A stretch of 62,850 nucleotides of DNA, filler included, from Octopus bimaculoides (GCF_001194135.2; 6 parts of 5 records of this genome joined end to end with filler, not necessarily neighbours in it), one strand, 5' to 3'; shown: positions 39,330 to 51,658, counted from the first letter of the whole stretch. Numbers and translations: made by a program. Notes: a model not told the origin generated them from the sequence alone.

Positions 39330-39480
39330 TATCAATGTCCTGTATGAGTCCTTGTTGATCAACCTGCTATCTCTACATAATTCTATAAGACCAAAAGGGA
39401 AAGGAAGGTGGAAATATGACACAGCCTTGTCTCACACCAACTTCAACAACGAAACACTCAACACAATTTCCTCATTAACA
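39330..39480 (-). mobile_element. RTE RT fragment
   Basis: VEVGVRQGCV motif. Confidence 0.6.
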
Positions 39481-40133
39481 TCTACTGAGTAATTAAGATG
39501 TTTTCCGTTTGGCCTGTATCATGTTTATTGATATTTCAAGGATTCTGTGCGTTTAGCATTTCGACATAACACTTCTTTTGTTTACACCACCAAAAACATA
39601 AAATTTTCCGGAAGTAGATAAAAATTAATGGCTGCCATTGATTTGTTATTCGATGGTGGTTTTGAATTATGTGCGTCGTTTTTTCATGAAATCTAGGTCG
39701 TTGATCTATGAAAAATTATGTCAATTATACCTTCATCCTGTTTAAACCTGTTAACGCAGACACTGATCTCCAAAAGCAATGGAGAGAAACTTATCAGCAA
39801 TTTGAATAATTGCTAAAATATAATAACTAACATCATATTTCTTTGATAGTAATGACCTTTTCTTTTTACCTTTGAACATTCTTCTTTTTTTTTACTTGTT
39901 TTTACTTGTTCCAGTCGTCGGATTGCGGTTATGCTGTAGCACCGCCATGAAGGGTTGTAAGTGAACAAATCGACCTCGGTACTTATTATTTTTATTAAGT
40001 CAAGTACTTCTTCTATTGGTACCTCTTTTGTGGAAACGTTAAGTTACAGGGAAATAAATGAACCAACACAGATTGTCAATCGTTGGTGGTGGCGGTGGGA
40101 CAAGCACGACACAAACATATACACTCACATACA

Positions 40134-40169
<36 letters not shown>

Positions 40170-40179
40170 CATATGTATA

Positions 40180-40212
<33 letters not shown>

Positions 40213-41646
40213 NNNNNNNNNNNNNNNNNNNNNNNNNNNNNNNNNNNNNNNNNNNNNNNNNNNNNNNNNNNNNNNNNNNNNNNNNNNNNNNNNNNNNNNN
40301 NNNNNNNNNNNNNNNNNNNNNNNNNNNNNNNNNNNNNNNNNNNNNNNNNNNNNNNNNNNNNNNNNNNNNNNNNNNNNNNNNNNNNNNNNNNNNNNNNNNN
40401 NNNNNNNNNNNNNNNNNNNNNNNNNNNNNNNNNNNNNNNNNNNNNNNNNNNNNNNNNNNNNNNNNNNNNNNNNNNNNNNNNNNNNNNNNNNNNNNNNNNN
40501 NNNNNNNNNNNNNNNNNNNNNNNNNNNNNNNNNNNNNNNNNNNNNNNNNNNNNNNNNNNNNNNNNNNNNNNNNNNNNNNNNNNNNNNNNNNNNNNNNNNN
40601 NNNNNNNNNNNNNNNNNNNNNNNNNNNNNNNNNNNNNNNNNNNNNNNNNNNNNNNNNNNNNNNNNNNNNNNNNNNNNNNNNNNNNNNNNNNNNNNNNNNN
40701 NNNNNNNNNNNNNNNNNNNNNNNNNNNNNNNNNNNNNNNNNNNNNNNNNNNNNNNNNNNNNNNNNNNNNNNNNNNNNNNNNNNNNNNNNNNNNNNNNNNN
40801 NNNNNNNNNNNNNNNNNNNNNNNNNNNNNNNNNNNNNNNNNNNNNNNNNNNNNNNNNNNNNNNNNNNNNNNNNNNNNNNNNNNNNNNNNNNNNNNNNNNN
40901 NNNNNNNNNNNNNNNNNNNNNNNNNNNNNNNNNNNNNNNNNNNNNNNNNNNNNNNNNNNNNNNNNNNNNNNNNNNNNNNNNNNNNNNNNNNNNNNNNNNN
41001 NNNNNNNNNNNNNNNNNNNNNNNNNNNNNNNNNNNNNNNNNNNNNNNNNNNNNNNNNNNNNNNNNNNNNNNNNNNNNNNNNNNNNNNNNNNNNNNNNNNN
41101 NNNNNNNNNNNNNNNNNNNNNNNNNNNNNNNNNNNNNNNNNNNNNNNNNNNNNNNGAGAAAGAGAGGAAGAGAAAGAGAGGAAGAGAAAGAGAGGAAGAG
41201 AAAGAGAGGAAGAGAAAGAGAGGAAGAGAAAGAGAGTGAAAGAGAGGGAAGAGGGGTATGGGGGGGAAGAAGAAAGGAAGAGAAAGAGAGTGAGAGAGAG
41301 GGGAAGAGAGTGAGAGAGTAAGGGTGAGAGAGTAAGAGAGTAAGAGTGTAGAGAGTAGGAGAGTAGATATACATACGTTGCTGCCCCCAATATGAAGAGT
41401 ATCATTACATGTGGTCAATGCCAAGAGCCTAAATCCAGTTTTAACTGTCACGACCCAGGATCCAGTCCACTTGTCCAACGATGACTAAATCTATTATATA
41501 TAAGGCAGAAGTTACTGCAGCCCTAAATAATAATGCAACTGACCAGAGATAACTTTAATAAATGATTCAATAGCACTGCTAGCACAGTAGAACACAATAT
41601 ACTTTGTAGTATATTACGGTTGCATGACGAAATACGGTATCCTTAC

Positions 41647-41762
41647 AAGTTATTAATTTGCTGGTGTGTTCTAACGCTTGCCAAGCTGCAATTGATTCAG
41701 CATATGTACAAGAAGCAGAGCGGATCGAAATAACGATGTGTACCATTTGCTTAAACAAGTCC
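41647..41762 (-). CDS. Candidate orphan exon (DLFKQMVHIVISIRSASCTYAESIAAWQALEHTSKLIT), gene unassigned
   Basis: ttcttgtatgcag acceptor, GTAAGG donor, starts in phase 2, compatible with 48078-48192. Confidence 0.35.
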
Positions 41763-41879
41763 CTGCATACAAGAACGTAAATGGCATTTGCTACGGGTTT
41801 TTTTTTTGGTTTCCCACACAGATCATATGTATAGAAACATGCCAAGCTCCATGTAACGTCAGCCAACTACTAGACCCGG

Positions 41880-42113
41880 TACATTATTTACATTATTTAC
41901 ATTATTTACATTCGACGGATATTTGTCCTCATCTTGTTTATTGTTAACACAACGTTTCAGCTGATATACCCTCCACCCTTCATCAGGTGTTTTGGGGAAA
42001 TTTCGAAGCTGGGTTCTCATTCCTAAGGTATTTTTCGATGTTGTTGTTATTATTATTATTGTTGCTGCTGTTGTTGTTGTTGTTCAAGTCACTGCTTGGA
42101 ATCGAACTCGGAA
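41880..42113 (-). mobile_element. 5'-truncated HHR-SINE copy
   Basis: Same body and tail as 43953-44219, ending just past box B. Confidence 0.85.
41946..41991 (-). ncRNA. Minimal hammerhead-like motif inside a tRNA-SINE (second copy)
   Basis: AACAC-CTGATGA-A-GGGTG-GAGGGTATAT-CAGCT-GAAA-CGTT-GTGTT; one mismatch in stem II. Confidence 0.65.
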
Positions 42114-42479
42114 ACATATATATATGTGCATACACACCTACACACACACACACGCACACATATGCGCACACATACGCGCACATGCCACACGCGCAAAAAA
42201 CATATGCGCGCGTGCACTGTCTGACACTTCGCCACAACGGTAATGGTATTATGAGCGCGGTCAGTGACGACAAGCAGATATGAACCTGGGACACCAGGAC
42301 ATTGGCGCAGACATATCTCAATGACAACAAGATATACGAGATTGCGACGATAACAAAGAGATTGACTAAGAAATATGAGATATCTAAAACTGGAAACGTT
42401 GCGTAACGAAAAGAAATCGTGATTTTAATGAAAACATTTCGTGATCTGTTTGAAAGAAAATCGGATCTGCACGCACAAA

Positions 42480-42522
<43 letters not shown>

Positions 42523-42648
42523 CACATGCGAACCACCCACATACACTCACACACAGACGCACACACACAAGCACTCCCACACTAACACAAATACATATAT
42601 ATATATCTATATTTGTATNNNNNNNNNNNNNNNNNNNNNNNNNNNNNN

Positions 42649-42680
<32 letters not shown>

Positions 42681-43323
42681 TAAATGGGTGGCTGTACTTA
42701 ATGACTGACAAAGGGCGGTACGTCCCCAGTGTACATAGTCGGATCGAGAGATAAATATATATATATATGAGGAGTATTGGTATCCAGAAGATACAAGGTC
42801 GCAAGTAAGGCTATGTAAGTGCTATGGTGTTATGGAAGGACCGTAGTTAAACTCTCGGTTTGATAATAATACTATTGAGGAGTCTAATGCGGGTCTTGTA
42901 TGAGTATGTGTATATTAAACAAAATGAGACAACAAAACCAAGGAATTTTCAGGACATTTATAAAGAGAAAGTTAGTCCTACAGCTGTTTCTGGGATATCA
43001 GGGATATCCCTTCATCAGAGACGACAGAGGGAAAGCATCCTATGTATATTTTTATTTTTTATCTTTTATTTTTTATCGTTTATTTTTACTTTTATTCTTT
43101 TATTCCCCTTTATACTTCTTATTTCTATCCTTTTCCATGATAACACCTTATACTGAACTCTACTATTTCCCTCTATGTAACCACCTTACATCCCTAATAT
43201 CCAAGAAACAGCTGTAAGGCTAAGTCTATAAATTTCATGAAAATTCCATACAGCCTTGGCAGACACAGACACACACACACACACACACACATACACACAC
43301 GCACATACACACACACACACACA

Positions 43324-43354
<31 letters not shown>

Positions 43355-43952
43355 ATACGACGGGCTTCTTTCAGTTTCCGTCTACCAAATCCACTCATAT
43401 GGCTTTGGACGGCCTGAGGCTATAGTAGAAGACACTTACCGAAAGTGACACGCTGTGGGACTGAAACCGGAACCATGTTGTTGGTAAGCAAGCTACTTAC
43501 CATACAACCTCCTGCGCCTACTTAAGTGGCAATATACTTCACTTTATCGTGCAGTTACTGTTAATACTNNNNNNNNNNTATACATACAGACACACACACA
43601 TATATATATAATGTATGTATATATGTATACATATATTTAAATGTATGCATACATGTATGAGCAAGCCGAAACTTCGAAGTCAATGGCAACCTTTTCCTTG
43701 TAAAAGTTTAATAAGCATGTTCTCTACAAAAAAGACATTTAGTAAGCCTTCAGTTACTGCAAAATTATTTTTATATATAACTTGACATAAATACGAGAGC
43801 GTGTGTCTGTCTGACTGTCTGCCTTTCTGTTTGCTCCCTAGCCATTTGACAACCGGTTTTGGCCGACTTATTTTCTCTTAACCTAGCGGTTCGGCAGAAA
43901 CGATACTGATAGAATATGTACCAGAAAAAGAAACAATAAAGTACAAAGCACG

Positions 43953-44103
43953 ATTTACATTATTTACATTATTTACATTCGACAGATATTTGTCCTCATC
44001 TTGTTTGTTGTTAACACAACGTTTCAGCTGATATACCCTCCAGCCTTCTTCAGGTGTTTGGAGAAATTTCGAGAAATTCCTAAGGTATTTTTCGATGTTA
44101 TTA

Positions 44104-44141
<38 letters not shown>

Positions 44142-44219
44142 GTTCAGGTCACTGCTTGGAATCGAACTCGGAATCTTGGGGTTAGTAGCCCGCGCTCTTA
44201 ACCCCTACGCCATATGCCC
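43953..44219 (-). mobile_element. Full-length tRNA-derived SINE carrying a hammerhead motif (HHR-SINE)
   Basis: Head GGGCATATGGCGTAGGGGTTAAGAGC...GAGTTCGATTCC (A and B boxes), (AAT)n linker, HHR, (AATGTAAAT)n tail. Confidence 0.85.
44013..44058 (-). ncRNA. Minimal hammerhead-like motif inside a tRNA-SINE
   Basis: AACAC-CTGAAGA-A-GGCTG-GAGGGTATAT-CAGCT-GAAA-CGTT-GTGTT: 5-bp stem I, stem II, ACGT palindrome, GUU triplet, one extra A after the core. Confidence 0.72.
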
Positions 44220-44428
44220 GTGGGCATGTAAATAATGTAAATAATGTAAATAATGTACATAATTCCTCATCTCTTAAATATAGAACTGTATAAAGCACAA
44301 TTTGTTCGTTTGAAACCCTTTCAAGGCGAATGCCCCAGCATGGCCGCAGTCTAATGACTGATACAAGTAAACGAATATGGCGCACATTTTGTTCAATGCC
44401 TGGCCATACTAATTCAATTCTTACTCCT

Positions 44429-44534
<106 letters not shown>

Positions 44535-45240
44535 CATCTACGTCTATCTCTTACATTTTTAGCCACAATCCCATATATCCGAAGTCATTAACATAGTTCA
44601 AGATAATTTATTAACCTAATTAACAGTAATTAACGTAACCCAAATTATATCTAATCATTCAATATAAATAATCATTTACACAAACTATGTAGAATATCGT
44701 CACAGTTATGTGTATATCTTTAGTCTTTAACTTGTTCCTATCATTAGGCTGCGGTCATGTTTAGGGACCGTCTTGAGAGGATTTTGTCTCACAAACCAAT
44801 CCCAGTACAAACAAATTTCTTTTAACTCTGCTACTTGTTCTACCTGCTGCCTTTTACCGAACTGCTAAGTTACCGGTTGTCAAGTGGTAAGTTAGGGACA
44901 CGTTCAGAAAACTGAATAATGACATATACGTACATACATACATACATACATACATACATACATACATACATACATACATGCATACATACATACATATATA
45001 CATATGGCTGGATATGGGTTTTAGGAGAAAAGTCCCAAATCCTTAATCTGTACACTACAAATGATCCTGATAAATAGGACTATAACAACCTTTAAGGCCT
45101 TAAGATTTAAAGGATGGTGAACAAAACAAGACGCTTTCCTTCACAACCTTGCTACCAAGTAAGGTGGCCGGTCAAAATTTACTCTAAATTAAAAAGAGAA
45201 AGATAACATACATGCATACATACATACATACATACATACA

Positions 45241-45609
45241 TTGTTGGCACTCCGTCGCTTACGACGTCGAGGGTTCCAGTTGATCCGATCAACGGAACAG
45301 CCTGATCGTGAAATTAACGTGCAAGTGACTGAGCACTCCACAGACACGTGTACCCTTAACGTAGTTCTCGGGGATATTCAGCGTGACACAGTGTGACAAG
45401 GCTGACCCTTTGAATTACAGGCACAACAGAAACAGGAAGTAAGAGTGAGAGAAAGTTGTGGTGAAAGAGTACAGCAGGGTTCGCCACCATCCCCTGCCGG
45501 AGCCTCGTGGAGCTTTAGGTGTTTTCGCTCAATAAACACTCACAACGCCCGGTCTGGGAATCGAAACCGCGAGTCTGCTGCCCTAACCACTGGGCCATTG
45601 CGCCTCCAC
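45241..45609 (-). mobile_element. Young tRNA-SINE, near full length; duplicated at 45636-45993
   Basis: Head GTGGAGGCGCAATGGCCCAGTGGTTAGGGCAG...GGTTTCGATTCCC, (TGTA)n tail. Confidence 0.9.
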
Positions 45610-45635
45610 CAGGTACATACATACANNNNNNNNNN

Positions 45636-45993
45636 CCGTCGCTTACGACGTCGAGGGTTCCAGTTGATCCGATCAACGGAACAGCCTGATCGTGAAATTA
45701 ACGTGCAAGTGACTGAGCACTCCACAGACACGTGTACCCTTAACGTAGTTCTCGGGGATATTCAGCGTGACACAGTGTGACAAGGCTGACCCTTTGAATT
45801 ACAGGCACAACAGAAACAGGAAGTAAGAGTGAGAGAAAGTTGTGGTGAAAGAGTACAGCAGGGTTCGCCACCATCCCCTGCCGGAGCCTCGTGGAGCTTT
45901 AGGTGTTTTCGCTCAATAAACACTCACAACGCCCGGTCTGGGAATCGAAACCGCGAGTCTGCTGCCCTAACCACTGGGCCATTGCGCCTCCAC
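45636..45993 (-). mobile_element. Duplicate of the 45241-45609 SINE across a 10-N gap
   Basis: Same sequence, same head deletion and same flank. Confidence 0.85.
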
Positions 45994-46039
45994 CAGGTAC
46001 ATACATACATACATACATACATACATACATACATACATG

Positions 46040-46410
46040 GTGATTGCACCGTCTTCACAGATGATTCCCGTCTCTCTCTTCGTCGCTGTCAATGGCATTT
46101 CTCACTTGTCGTCCATGACCTCTCAGATAACTATTCTGTCCCATTGCAGATCTGCGTCGTTTGAAGCATAGGTGACCGACTAAAGTTGTAACTTCCACTG
46201 GATTGATCGGATCACTTTGTGAGATACGATTTCTGTGAACTATTATGTGTCTCCTTAGACTCGAAGCCAACTTGCAAACCTTTGGAAGAGCGTTGCATGT
46301 TGTTCATCTATTACAGAACTTCAAATGATTGACAAACCCAGCCTTAGAACGGAGTACTCGGCCATATGTTTCACACCTTCAACTCTATGTTCCCATCGAG
46401 ATTCTCATAC
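46040..46410 (-). mobile_element. RTE LINE 3' fragments
   Basis: GRVLRSKAGFVNHLKFC and VRNAID...IICEDGAI remnants. Confidence 0.55.
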
Positions 46411-47568
46411 ATACATACATACATACATACATACATACATGATAGCACTCACCCGTCGATTTTGACGCACAAGAATCCAACCGCTCAGTCAAATATCTAG
46501 TGTTTCACTCCTGTAGTCGTCAAGCTTTTTTTTTATCCAGCATACCTTGTTGTCATGTTGGTAGTAACCGGACTCGTTGTAAAGAATATATTGCAAATCA
46601 GTTGAATAGCATAAAAAAAAAACAATTTATTTTCTTAAACAGACTTGGACGGAATATATACATTTCCACTCTTTTACTCTTTCACTTGTTTCAGTCATTT
46701 AACTGCAGCCATGCTGGAGCACCGCCTTTAGTCGAGCAAATCGACCCCAGGACTTATTCTTTGTAAGCCTAGTACTTATTCTATCGGTCTCCTTTTGCCG
46801 AACTGCTATGTTACAGGGACGTAAACACACCAGCATCGGTTGTCAAGCGATGTTGGGGGGACAAACACAGACACACAGACACACAAACACACACACACAC
46901 ACACACACATACACATATATATATATATATATATANNNNNNNNNNNNNNNNNNNNNNNNNNNNNNNNNNNNNNNNNNNNNNNNNNNNNNNNNNNNNNNNN
47001 NNNNNNNNNNNNNNNNNNNNNNNNNNNNNNNNNNNNNNNNNNNNNNNNNNNNNNNNNNNNNNNNNNNNNNNNNNNNNNNNNNNNNNNNNNNNNNNNNNNN
47101 NNNNNNNNNNNNNNNNNNNNNNNNNNNNNNNNNNNNNNNNNNNNNNNNNNNNNNNNNNNNNNNNNNNNNNNNNNNNNNNNNNNNNNNNNNNNNNNNNNNN
47201 NNNNNNNNNNNNNNNNNNNNNNNNNNNNNNNNNNNNNNNNNNNNNNNNNNNNNNNNNNNNNNNNNNNNNNNNNNNNNNNNNNNNNNNNNNNNNNNNNNNN
47301 NNNNNNNNNNNNNNNNNNNNNNNNNNNNNNNNNNNNNNNNNNNNNNNNNNNNNNNNNNNNNNNNNNNNNNNNNNNNNNNNNNNNNNNNNNNNNNNNNNNN
47401 NNNNNNNNNNNNNNNNNNNNNNNNNNNNNNNNNNNNNNNNNNNNNNNNNNNNNNNNNNNNNNNNNNNNNNNNNNNNNNNNNNNNNNNNNNNNNNNNNNNN
47501 NNNNNNNNNNNNNNNNNNNNNNNNNNNNNNNNNNNNNNNNNNNNNNNNNNNNNNNNNNNNNNNNNNNA

Positions 47569-47851
47569 GACACGTGTACCCCTTAACGTAGTTCTCGGGG
47601 ATATTCAGCGTGACACAGTGTGACAAGGCTGACCCCTTTGAATTACAGGCACAACAGAAACAGGAAGAAAGAGTGAGAGAAAGTTGTGGTGATAGAGTGC
47701 AGCAGGGTTCGCCACCATCCCCTGCCGGAGCCTCGTGGTGCTTTAGGTGTTTTCGCTCAATAAACACTCACAACGCCCGGTCTGGGAATCGAAACCGCCA
47801 TCCTATGACCGCGAGTCCGCTGCCTTAGCCACTGGGCAATTGCGCCTCCAC
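47569..47851 (-). mobile_element. Young tRNA-SINE, same family as 45241-45609, with undeleted head
   Basis: High identity by eye; retains catcctatgaccgc. Confidence 0.9.
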
Positions 47852-48077
47852 TCTGAGTTCAAATAAGCTGAGGTCAACTCACCCCTTCTAAATTCGTGGT
47901 CTTGTGCCTCTCTTAGAAACAATTATTAATATTGATGCTCATTAGTGTCTGTTACTTTCACGTTTTTCTCTATACTCTATGTTGATATAAGTAATTCGTG
48001 CACTAATGAAAAGAATTTCCCCCACCCACCTCATCTCTTTATCGTCTCTCACCATCAAATATAGCGTATCTACTCAC

Positions 48078-48192
48078 GTCATGAATCGGCTGTTACAGTG
48101 CATTACAACTGCACTTATAAACAGCAACAAACACGGATTTCGTTGCAGTAATGAAGCTAAGGATATCACGTGACTATATATTGAACATCTGA
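48078..48192 (-). CDS. Candidate orphan exon, gene unassigned
   Basis: ttttttttcag acceptor and GTGAGT donor, one open frame, ends in phase 2. Confidence 0.35.
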
Positions 48193-48291
48193 CTGAAAAA
48201 AAACCATAATCTCGATATGTCCGGGTATAATATAATATCGTGTGTACTTTCATTTTCATCTTTAAGTCACCCTTTGTATGATGTATATATA

Positions 48292-48391
48292 NNNNNNNNN
48301 NNNNNNNNNNNNNNNNNNNNNNNNNNNNNNNNNNNTTAATTAATTAANNNNNNNNNNNNNNNNNNNNNNNNNNNNNNNNNNNNNNNNNNNN
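48292..48391. other. Artificial scaffold spacer
   Basis: 44N-TTAATTAATTAA-44N. Confidence 0.97.
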
Positions 48392-48429
48392 GTGCATACA
48401 GCAAATGAAAAACAAAAAACTGACACTGT

Positions 48430-48870
48430 TGGTTACAGCAATAATTGTTCCATTTGATTCGTTCAATGGAACGGCCTGCTCATGAAATTAATGTGCAAGT
48501 GGCTGAGTACTCCACAGACACACATACCCTTAAAGTAATTCTCAGGGAGATTCATCATGTCAGAGAATGTGACAAGGCTGGCCCCTTTGAAATACAGGTA
48601 CTACTCATTTTTACCAGCTGACTGGACTGGAGCAACATGAAATAAAGTGTCTCGATCAAGGAGAGAATGTGCCGCCAGGAATTGAACTCACAACCACACG
48701 ATTGTGAGCCCTGTTGTACTCTTTCGCCCCAACTTTCTCTCACTCTTTCTTCCTGTTTCTTGAGTAAAGCTGCGATGGACTGGCGTCCCGTCCAGCTGGT
48801 GGGGAACACATACGCCATAGAAACCGGGAAACCGGGCCCATGAACCTGGCTAAGTTTTGAAAGGGCGCAA
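48430..48870. mobile_element. Two abutting SINEs: minus copy 48430-48712 and plus copy with a V-domain-like segment 48712-48870
   Basis: ctgcgatggactggcgtcccgtccag resembles the V-SINE central motif as recalled. Confidence 0.6.
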
Positions 48871-49157
48871 AGAAAGAAAAACATAGATACACACAGACAT
48901 ATTGGCATGAGGTGAGTAAAATCAGAGCATCAAACAAAAAACAGTTTGTGGGATTCTGTCCTATGTTGATCATATATTTTTATACCAAGGTCAACTTAGT
49001 CTTTTTCCCCACATATGAAGTCGATAAAATAAAAACACCAAACAAAGTACTAAGATTAATATATAAATCACTGAAAATGGTGCCCCAGCATGGGCAGAGT
49101 TAAACGACAAACTTTTTTGATAGAATAAAGAATATGTATAATATAAACATATATTAC

Positions 49158-49319
49158 CTCTTGTCTAAAGAGACGAGCAAACTGTGCACAATCCGTACTT
49201 TTTATGAAACTAACCACATCACTAACAGTCCAATAAAGAGGGTTTGACAATATATCGACACACATGTCATCATTTTCTTCTTCTTTCTTTATAGATATTT
49301 CTTCTTTCGGAGATATTGG
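49158..49319 (-). CDS. SFMBT: Exon of an SFMBT/Scm-like Polycomb protein, N-terminal half of the SAM domain
   Basis: 54 codons, phase 0-0, gcag acceptor and GTAATA donor; SNPLYWTVSDVVSFIKSTDCAQFARLFRQE resembles the SFMBT SAM motif ([29 protein letters not shown], recalled). Confidence 0.78.
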
Positions 49320-49371
49320 CTGCATAAATACAGAAGGAAATGACAATAAATAGAAAAGAAAATATTACAGA

Positions 49372-49412
<41 letters not shown>

Positions 49413-49873
49413 TGAATACAATATACAAATATAGGGAGACAATGTTTATATCTCATAATAAACTCCAATAAAAGAAATGCACAAGCACAAGCATGGCTGT
49501 TGAGGTTAAGAAGCTCACTTTGCTACTATGTGGTTCCTGGTTCAATCCTATGACATGGCACCTTGGAAAAGGGTCCTCTACAGTAGCTACAGGCCAACAA
49601 AAGCCTTGCGGGTGAATTTGGTAGATGGAAACTTCATAAAAGCACAGGGGACAACTGATGAAGGGAATGTTCTTTATGTTGCATGTTTCGTTTCTCTGTT
49701 TTTTTCGTTGTTCGAAAAAAAGTTCATTTTCTATGTTTTTGTATTTTATGTTCTTGTTTCTCATTTTATCTACATTTTTTTAATGTCCTGTACCGATATA
49801 TATATGCATGTATATATATACATATATATGTAGGTATGTACATATATAGTATGTATATATGCATATATTTATA

Positions 49874-49904
<31 letters not shown>

Positions 49905-49906
<2 letters not shown>

Positions 49907-50135
49907 CCCACAACATAGATTAGTAGTTAGCGACTTTGGGATCAAGGCAAAATGGGTGCCCAGAATTAGACAGGCTTGGAGAAGAAGGGTGTGGAAGCTT
50001 AAAGACCCTGCAAACGGACAGAGACTTAGAGACAAGTTACTTGAAGCATTTAACGAAATAGAAGGGGATATAGCATTATACAACGTGGAAGACAATTGGA
50101 GATTTCTGCGGGACAACCTGTTGAAAGCCACCGAC
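49905..50135 (+). mobile_element. Well-preserved RTE LINE fragment
   Basis: QHRLVVSDF...WRRRVWKLKDP...NWRFLRDNLLKATD. Confidence 0.9.
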
Positions 50136-50235
50136 NNNNNNNNNNNNNNNNNNNNNNNNNNNNNNNNNNNNNNNNNNNNTTAATTAATTAANNNNNNNNN
50201 NNNNNNNNNNNNNNNNNNNNNNNNNNNNNNNNNNN
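50136..50235. other. Artificial scaffold spacer
   Basis: 44N-TTAATTAATTAA-44N. Confidence 0.97.
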
Positions 50236-50331
50236 CAATGTTTGCTTTGTCATATAGTCTTGGCCACCACCCGCTTCTACTTTCATGCGGCTTTCGCTAA
50301 TTCTTACTTCAATTTATTGGCTCCTTGGTGA
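50236..50331 (+). repeat. ~95-bp direct repeat, second copy at 51733-51829, bracketing the 5S pair
   Basis: caatgtttgct...ggccaccacccgcttcta...gcggctttcgctaattcttac...tggtgaa occurs twice. Confidence 0.9.
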
Positions 50332-50610
50332 ATCGTGCTCGACGATTAACTTCATTTTACTCATACTTATGGGCAGAGTCAATTTAATCGGCTCTCCTAC
50401 ATGTGTAAATGTTGAAAGTAGCATAGAGCAGGCAACTGTAGCAGTGATCGGTTGAACGCCTCTTGCAATGGAAGCGAGTAAAACGAAAAAAAGAGAGAGA
50501 AGACGGAAAAGAAAATATAAAATCTACTCTAAAGTTTCAGCTGCCAGAGGTATAGGTGAAAACTTATAAAACCTTTTTTAAGTAATAACATTAAACAAAT
50601 GTTGTGCGAT

Positions 50611-50728
50611 GGTTACAGCACCTAGGTTTCCCAAGCGGTCACCCATCTAAGTACTGAATAGGCTCGACGTTGCTTAACTGCGGTGATCGGACGAGAACCG
50701 GTGCTCTCAGCGTGATATGGCCATAAGC
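50611..50728 (-). rRNA. 5S: 5S rRNA gene or pseudogene
   Basis: Reverse complement GCTTATGGCCATATCACGCTG...CTCGTCCGATCACCG...GATGGGTGACCGCTTGGGAAACCTAGGTGCTGTAACC; 118 nt; no T4 terminator directly downstream. Confidence 0.9.
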
Positions 50729-51540
50729 GATTACCAACCTACCTTTTAGTACTTTTATTCTAATAAACGACTAAATGCAAGCAGCTTTTAACATTTTACA
50801 ATTTATACTCACTTTTGTCACAATTTTCAAATCTTTACTCTACTTTTCTTCTACCAGTTCACTAGCGCATCGGCTGATCAAACTTTCTTCCTTTCTTGTA
50901 TTCTAACTCCCCAATACACCACTAGCAACTAGCTTCAAGCTCACTCGCTTTCAGATTTCACTTTGCCGCTGCCAATTAGTCAATAGTCCTTCACTGTCAC
51001 GCGACACTGCCCTTACTACTACTACTTCTGTCCCAATCTTACCCACAAATGCTCCTCAACACATCACTACACGTCATCACAAACTAATTCTGTGGCTATC
51101 CGCATCAATATCAAATAGCTATGGATCTTCCTGACGCGACGCTCGCCACATCAACGTCCAGTATTTAGCAAAATTTCAGCGCTTGTGACTCGCTCATCTT
51201 TCATTTCACTTCCGTGGACTTTATGCTAGTGGAAATGACTGTCTACGTGCATATTACTAAAGCCCGCATCAAGTCTAATAACTGGTGGATGATGGGACAC
51301 TTTACAGCGAGCGATGTTGTCGGAGGTAAACAAGCAATGCTGCTTATGACAACAATCTTCATCGAAAGTATGCTAATTGCAATTGGTCGGCAAAGACAAA
51401 GCGACAGATGCTGAGATGTGAGTAAAATCAAACACAGTAATACACATACAAGATAACAAAATTCAATTCTTAACCACACAACGATTTCCTATGTTCAGAC
51501 GGTGTATTACAGAACACGGTTCGAATGACACCTCTCTGTC

Positions 51541-51658
51541 GTTTACGGCCATATCACTTTGAAAACATCGGTTCTCGTCCGATCACCGAAATTAAGCAAA
51601 GTCGAGCCTAGTTAGTACTTTGATGGGTGACCGCTTGGGAAACCTAGGTGCTGTGTTT
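51541..51658 (+). rRNA. 5S: 5S rRNA pseudogene (3' end diverged)
   Basis: GTTTACGGCCATATCAC...GTTCTCGTCCGATCACCGAAATTAAGC...GATGGGTGACCGCTTGGGAAACCTAGGTGCTGT; the terminal helix cannot close fully. Confidence 0.88.

Noticed and set aside
44140-44219. tRNA-like heads here and at 25245-25320, 45560-45609 and 47780-47851 as tRNA genes
   Set aside because: They lack an acceptor-stem 3' half and continue into SINE bodies.
45241-45993. Apparent tandem SINE dimer
   Set aside because: The copies share sequence, head deletion and flank and are separated by a 10-N gap; most likely overlapping contig ends.
49652-49685. CTGATGAAGGG motif after a SINE
   Set aside because: No GAAA core strand or cleavage triplet follows.
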